The notes under the pieces were generated by a model, which made no database searches, was not told the DNA's origin, and worked only from the letters and a program-made list of their open reading frames with translations. This document shows, one piece after another, positions 59,433-64,000 of a stretch of DNA of 64,000 nucleotides (its first letter is position 1; each line of letters begins with the position of its first letter). Made by a program: the position numbers and the translations under genes. The stretch is from Anaerolineae bacterium (GTDB lineage: Bacteria > Chloroflexota > Anaerolineae > Anaerolineales > UBA4823): positions 16,715-80,714 of the forward strand of contig QEXX01000088.1 of assembly GCA_003130835.1 (NCBI GenBank). The letters run 5' to 3'.

Positions 59433-59513
59433 GGAACAATCTCCAATAAAAAGTGATATATTCTTATTCTACCTCGAATTCTGAATCACTCATCAGCAAC
59501 AGTTCATAGCACA

Positions 59514-61247
59514 ATGAATCCATATCTTGAATCTTATAGTGCAGCGATCAACGACTTTCACCGTGCCCGTAATCGAGCACAGCTAAAGGTACTTTTAGCA
59601 AAACTCAAAGGCCAACCATCCGACCTTTTGGATTTTGAGGAAGTCCGCAAGCGGTTGAAAGCTCAAGGCAGCATAGAAAGAGGATTAAGACAAATCCCTT
59701 TAGACGCAATTGTCGGCAGCCTGGGTCGTTATCATGATTTTACGCGCGACTTTCTCCCCAAACAGGATCATATCAAAGACCGTTGGGCGCGCGTGCGGCT
59801 TGCTTTTACTGGGCTAAGTGGAATCCCTCCGATTGAAGTTTACCAAATTGGCGAAGCTTATTTTGTAAAAGACGGTAACCACCGCGTCTCAGTTGCTCGT
59901 CAATTAGGTGCAACTCATATCCAAGCTTACGTTACCGAGGTCAAGACTCGAGTCCCCCTAACACCGGATATCCATCCAGACACCTTGATTATCAAAGAAG
60001 AGTACGTCGAGTTCTTAGAAAAGACCCGCTTAGATTTGCACTATCCAAACCTTGACCTGAGTGTATCCATAGCTGGGCAATATAAAGTATTACTTGAACA
60101 TATCGAAGTCCATCGCTATTTCATGGGCGTTGAACATAAGAGGGAGATTTCCCTTGAAGAGGCAGCGGCAAATTGGTATGAAACCTATTATTTACCGATT
60201 GTAAAGCGCATCATCGAATTGGGTATCCTCCGCAGCTATCCCAACCGAACCCCCACCGACCTCTATCTCTTTATGTCCGAACACCGAGCTGAGATCGAAA
60301 AACGCCTTGGCTGGGAGATGCGCACCGAAAAAGCCATTTTAGCGCTGATGGATCGAGCCCAAAACAGCCTTAGCACTCAGCTTACCAGTTTGGTCGAAAA
60401 AATCGACACATTGGTTTTAGGAGGAAAGTTTTCGGCCGGTCCACCTCCGGGGGAATGGCGTCAGCGTGCCATTGCGGTCGCAAGTCCATCAGCCTTGATT
60501 CAGGATATCCTAGTTCCAATTGACGGGGAAGAGGGAGGTTGGTTTGCCATTCAACAAGCTAGGACAATAGCCGAACGCGAACAGGCATCCTTACGCGCCA
60601 TACACGTAACAGAAAATTCTTCTTCAGAGCAGGAAAACCTCTACCTCCAAGAAACGTTTGAGCAGCTTATGAGAGGTTGCCAGGTTGCTCACGATCTGGT
60701 TGTCGTCAAAGGTGACATTGCTGATACCATCTGCGATCGCTCGCGATATATCGATCTGGTTGTCATGAATGTTCGCTATCCACCCGGGCCTCTACCGCTG
60801 GATCGGTTAGTCTCCGGCTTCCGGGAATTGGTGCAGCGTTGTCCTCGTCCGATCCTGGCAACCCCGCAAGTTGTGTCACCGCTCTCAAAGGGACTGCTAG
60901 CCTTTAATGGCAGCCCAAAAGCCCAAGAAGCGCTTTATATGGCTGTTTATCTAGCCAAGAAGTGGTCAATTCCAATAACGGTGTTAAGCGTTGACGAAAA
61001 ATCCTCCAAAGCCCAAAAATATCTTGGCATCGCTCGCAAACATCTCACTTATCGCAAAGTTAATGCAGAGTATGTGCATCGCACCGAACCGGTGAGCGAC
61101 TCGATTTTATCAACCGCTGACCAATATGGCTGTGATTTTATTATCGTTGGTGGATATGGCTACGCGCCACTCGTACAAGTTCTGCGCGGCAGCGTTGTCG
61201 ACGAACTGTTGCGAAAATCCACAATCCCCCTGCTAATTTGCCGCTAA
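59514..61247 (+). CDS. ParB/Srx-like N-terminal domain fused to tandem universal stress protein domains
   Basis: IPLDAIVGS, PPIEVY..YFVKDGNHRVSVAR; then ILVPIDG and LLAFNGS..DFIIVGGYG..GSV..LLR..IPLLI. Confidence 0.8.
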   Translation: MNPYLESYSAAINDFHRARNRAQLKVLLAKLKGQPSDLLDFEEVRKRLKAQGSIERGLRQIPLDAIVGSLGRYHDFTRDFLPKQDHIKDRWARVRLAFTGLSGIPPIEVYQIGEAYFVKDGNHRVSVARQLGATHIQAYVTEVKTRVPLTPDIHPDTLIIKEEYVEFLEKTRLDLHYPNLDLSVSIAGQYKVLLEHIEVHRYFMGVEHKREISLEEAAANWYETYYLPIVKRIIELGILRSYPNRTPTDLYLFMSEHRAEIEKRLGWEMRTEKAILALMDRAQNSLSTQLTSLVEKIDTLVLGGKFSAGPPPGEWRQRAIAVASPSALIQDILVPIDGEEGGWFAIQQARTIAEREQASLRAIHVTENSSSEQENLYLQETFEQLMRGCQVAHDLVVVKGDIADTICDRSRYIDLVVMNVRYPPGPLPLDRLVSGFRELVQRCPRPILATPQVVSPLSKGLLAFNGSPKAQEALYMAVYLAKKWSIPITVLSVDEKSSKAQKYLGIARKHLTYRKVNAEYVHRTEPVSDSILSTADQYGCDFIIVGGYGYAPLVQVLRGSVVDELLRKSTIPLLICR

Positions 61248-61864
61248 GGGATGCTAATCTCTTGATACCCATAACAATTGATGACTTTGGTCAACCCTAG
61301 CTCACTGGTTTGGCGTTGCTCTGTACCATAGAGATGGATATGTCCGTGCAAGTGATAGAATGGTTGAAAGACTTCATCAAACCAGCGAAAGGCACGGATT
61401 CCCTGATGCGCATAATCGGCTTGGTCATGAACACCAAAAGGGGGCGCGTGGGTAACAAACACATCTAAATATCTGCCATAGCGTACCTTATTAAGCAATA
61501 GGGCTGGCAACAGACGAAAGACATGTAACCACATTTCACTTTGGGAGTACATGAATGGGCCCTCTTTATAACGAATACTTCCTTCAACACCTGCTAAAAG
61601 CAACCCCTCATGATTGATAGAACGAAGGTGCAGATCAACTCCACCTAACGGTGCTGGAGGGGATTTGTACGGGTGATCGGCGGCTAAGTCGTGATTGCCG
61701 CGAATGAAATACAAGGAGGCGTTTAACAAACTAGTGAGATACTCAGGATATGCATAAGGAAGGTCGCCACAGCTTACAACCAAATCGATCTTAGAAAAAC
61801 GCGTTCGAACCTGAGGGGAATACAGCGTATCGATGACCTTGTCACTTACAGCCAAAATTCTCAT
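61244..61864 (-). CDS. Calcineurin-like metallophosphoesterase
   Basis: AVSD, SCGDL, RGNHD, VTHAPP, HGHIH. Confidence 0.88.
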   Translation of the reverse strand: MRILAVSDKVIDTLYSPQVRTRFSKIDLVVSCGDLPYAYPEYLTSLLNASLYFIRGNHDLAADHPYKSPPAPLGGVDLHLRSINHEGLLLAGVEGSIRYKEGPFMYSQSEMWLHVFRLLPALLLNKVRYGRYLDVFVTHAPPFGVHDQADYAHQGIRAFRWFDEVFQPFYHLHGHIHLYGTEQRQTSELGLTKVINCYGYQEISIP

Positions 61865-61910
61865 CGCTAATCAGATAGACCTAAACCAACCGCTAGGAAA
61901 ATCCTCAAAA

Positions 61911-62369
61911 TCAACCCTGTGCCAACTGTTCAATACGAGGCAACCCTCTTTTTAGATAACTTTCGATGTGCCAAGCAGTTTTACGGTAATCCTCAAGGCT
62001 TCCGCCGACCGGATCATCAATTTCATTCTCTTCATCGACCATTTCACTCAGTAGATATATTTTTCCAGCAAAATCCGGAAACTGCGCCTGTAACATTTGC
62101 TTATGACGGCGCTCCATGACCAAAATCAAGGCAGATTCCTTGACCAGGTTCTGGGTAATTTGGCGGGCTTTATGAAAGGATAAATCTATGCCGTGCTCTG
62201 CTAAGATTTGGAGCGTTTTTTGGCTTGCCGCACTGCCTTCCAACGCTGCCACACCAGCCGATTCGATCCGCCAACCCTCGCGTTTCTCACCCAATTGCGC
62301 CAGGAGCAACCCCTGCGCCATAGGCGAACGACACATATTGGCTGTGCAGACAAATAAAACCGATTTCAT
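61911..62369 (-). CDS. Low-molecular-weight protein Tyr/Arg phosphatase
   Basis: VCTANMCRSPMA P-loop, SAG, IDDP. Confidence 0.92.
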   Translation of the reverse strand: MKSVLFVCTANMCRSPMAQGLLLAQLGEKREGWRIESAGVAALEGSAASQKTLQILAEHGIDLSFHKARQITQNLVKESALILVMERRHKQMLQAQFPDFAGKIYLLSEMVDEENEIDDPVGGSLEDYRKTAWHIESYLKRGLPRIEQLAQG

Positions 62370-62376
62370 CTTCCAC

Positions 62377-63999
62377 TCAGCGCTTCATTTCTTCTAACAC
62401 TTCAGCCAGGTTTTCGCATACAAATTGGACTTCTTCGGCTTTCATCGGAGCCGAAAAGGGTAATGCCAGAATTGATCGACCCGCAGCCTCTGCAATTGGA
62501 AAATCACCTTCCTTGAAGCCAAATCGTTCACGATAGAAGGGTTGCAGATGAATCGGTGTGAAATAGGGACGCGCTGGAATGCCCCTGCGCGCCAGTTTTT
62601 CGATGACGATATTGCGATCAATGGTATCGTCGAAACGCACTGGGTAAACAAACCAGCTCATCCGGGTGGTAGTGGGCACAATGGTCAGAGGAGATACCCC
62701 AGGGATGTTTTTCAAGTGTTTCCCGTATTCTGCAGCAACCTGCTCGCGCTTGCTTAGCAAGGTATCCAAGCGGCGTATTTGCACGACCCCAACAGCAGCA
62801 TTCATTTCGGAAATCCGGTAGTTATATCCCAAACGCGAGTGATTCAACCAACCGTCGAATACATCTCGCCCTTGATTGCGCAAGCTACGGAAGAGATCGG
62901 CCCATTTTTCATCATTGGTCACCAAAACGGCGCCTTCGCCCGTGGTAATTTGTTTATTGGGATAAAAGGCAAATGCGCCAGCCTTTCCTAAAGCCCCTAC
63001 TCGTCTGCCTTTATACTCAGCCCCAATTGCCTCACAGGCATCTTCGATCACAATCAGGCCGTAGCGTTCCGCAATTTCCAAAATCGGATCCATATCAGCC
63101 GGCTGTCCGAAAATGTGAACGGGTAAAATGGCTTTGGTTCGCGGGGTAATGGCTGCTTCAATTCGATTTGGATCGATATTTAAGCTCACCGGATCAATAT
63201 CGACAAAAACAGGTTTTGCGCCTTCATACAAGGCAACATTTGCGGTTGCCACAAAACTGAAGGGAGAGGTAATGACTTCATCACCGGGGCCAATCCCCGC
63301 CGCAACGATACACAAGTGTAAAGCCGCTGTTCCATTAATCACTGCCACAGCGTGTTCGGCATGCGCCACCGCAGCGGCATATTTCTCAAAAGCCATCGTC
63401 TGCGAGCCAATCGAGAGATTGCGGGATTGCATCACCCGAACGACCGCCTCGATTTCCTCACCAGTTATATCCGGTAACGCCATCGGAACCTTTAGATTGG
63501 TCGAGAGCTGTTCCTCCTCTAGCTTCAAAAAACTGCTTAAAGAAGGCATGGTTGAATAAGGCAGTTGGGCTTCGTGACACAGACTTTTGATGTTTTGAAT
63601 GGTTTGTTGTGGGGCGCTTGGGATGGCAATAATCACAGCTTCCGCTTGACGTTGGGTTGCAATCTTAGGCAGGTTGATAATCGGCCCTTCGACCGGAAGC
63701 CCAAAGACCCGTTGCCCAATTTTTCGCGGATCGTCATCCACAAATCCAATCGCTTTTAAGCCTAATTGAGGGTTGGATTGAATCTCTCGCAACATTTGTA
63801 CTCCGGCATTACCGGCACCGACGATCAAAACTTTCCGGGCAGGGTCAAGTTTGACCCGCCGCCATGAAATATCCCCCGGATAACGCTCCAATTGATGAAT
63901 GATAACCCTTAACCCTCCCAACAAAATTAGGCTCAAGGCAAATTCAATTCCAAGCACCGAGCGAGGCAGAGTGTACACAAAGCGAGGGTAGAGAGAAAA
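62377..63999 (-). CDS. Fusion of CapD/PglF-type membrane + CoA-binding domain with DegT/DnrJ sugar aminotransferase (5' end outside window)
   Basis: Frame open to the window edge; LIVGAGNAG and GFVDDD; then NGTAALH, PVHIFG, IEDACEA, FAFYPNKQITTGEG (PLP Lys), GYNYR. Confidence 0.85.
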   Translation of the reverse strand, partial: FSLYPRFVYTLPRSVLGIEFALSLILLGGLRVIIHQLERYPGDISWRRVKLDPARKVLIVGAGNAGVQMLREIQSNPQLGLKAIGFVDDDPRKIGQRVFGLPVEGPIINLPKIATQRQAEAVIIAIPSAPQQTIQNIKSLCHEAQLPYSTMPSLSSFLKLEEEQLSTNLKVPMALPDITGEEIEAVVRVMQSRNLSIGSQTMAFEKYAAAVAHAEHAVAVINGTAALHLCIVAAGIGPGDEVITSPFSFVATANVALYEGAKPVFVDIDPVSLNIDPNRIEAAITPRTKAILPVHIFGQPADMDPILEIAERYGLIVIEDACEAIGAEYKGRRVGALGKAGAFAFYPNKQITTGEGAVLVTNDEKWADLFRSLRNQGRDVFDGWLNHSRLGYNYRISEMNAAVGVVQIRRLDTLLSKREQVAAEYGKHLKNIPGVSPLTIVPTTTRMSWFVYPVRFDDTIDRNIVIEKLARRGIPARPYFTPIHLQPFYRERFGFKEGDFPIAEAAGRSILALPFSAPMKAEEVQFVCENLAEVLEEMKR

Positions 64000-64000
64000 G

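Noticed and set aside
24-63759. Numerous 60-170 aa alternative-frame and antisense ORFs in the track (e.g. 16663..17178, 42237..42629, 63128..63559)
   Set aside because: They overlap well-supported genes and show no recognisable motifs; treated as shadow ORFs.

Overview
Gene-dense bacterial chromosomal segment. It is most consistent with Chloroflexota (Anaerolineae-like), inferred from the glyA-gcvT fusion, the baseplate-J-like gene in the alaS-ruvX-mltG operon and many Thr/Pro-rich lipoproteins. It is mostly housekeeping: alaS, ruvX, mltG, psuG/psuK, fmt, pdp, queA, ruvB, upp, fbp, korAB, nuoB/CD/I, udk, dinG, pncB and three tRNAs (Val-TAC, Leu-TAA, Thr-CGT). I saw no integrase, transposase, prophage or CRISPR array. 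Two accessory systems stand out. (1) At 29.9-34.1 kb on the minus strand is a ComQXP-like cassette: a 71-aa precursor ending in ...YLGWR, an overlapping isoprenyl-synthase-fold enzyme lacking the IPP-binding motifs, and a PDZ/multi-TM/GAF/PAS histidine kinase. Two CCC-W8-GGG palindromes lie just upstream of the precursor promoter. This is a candidate prenylated-Trp peptide quorum-sensing system. (2) At 46.7-52.4 kb on the plus strand is a dlt-like envelope acylation operon: an unannotated 39-aa DltX-like ORF ending WIYQGF, an MBOAT, two SGNH proteins, a DltC-like carrier and a fatty acyl-AMP ligase in place of DltA. Also notable are an iscX-nuoB-nuoCD-nuoI-apbC-ricT run divergent from a SufR-like regulator, and several probable leaderless transcripts. 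All product calls come from motif recognition by eye, not database searches.
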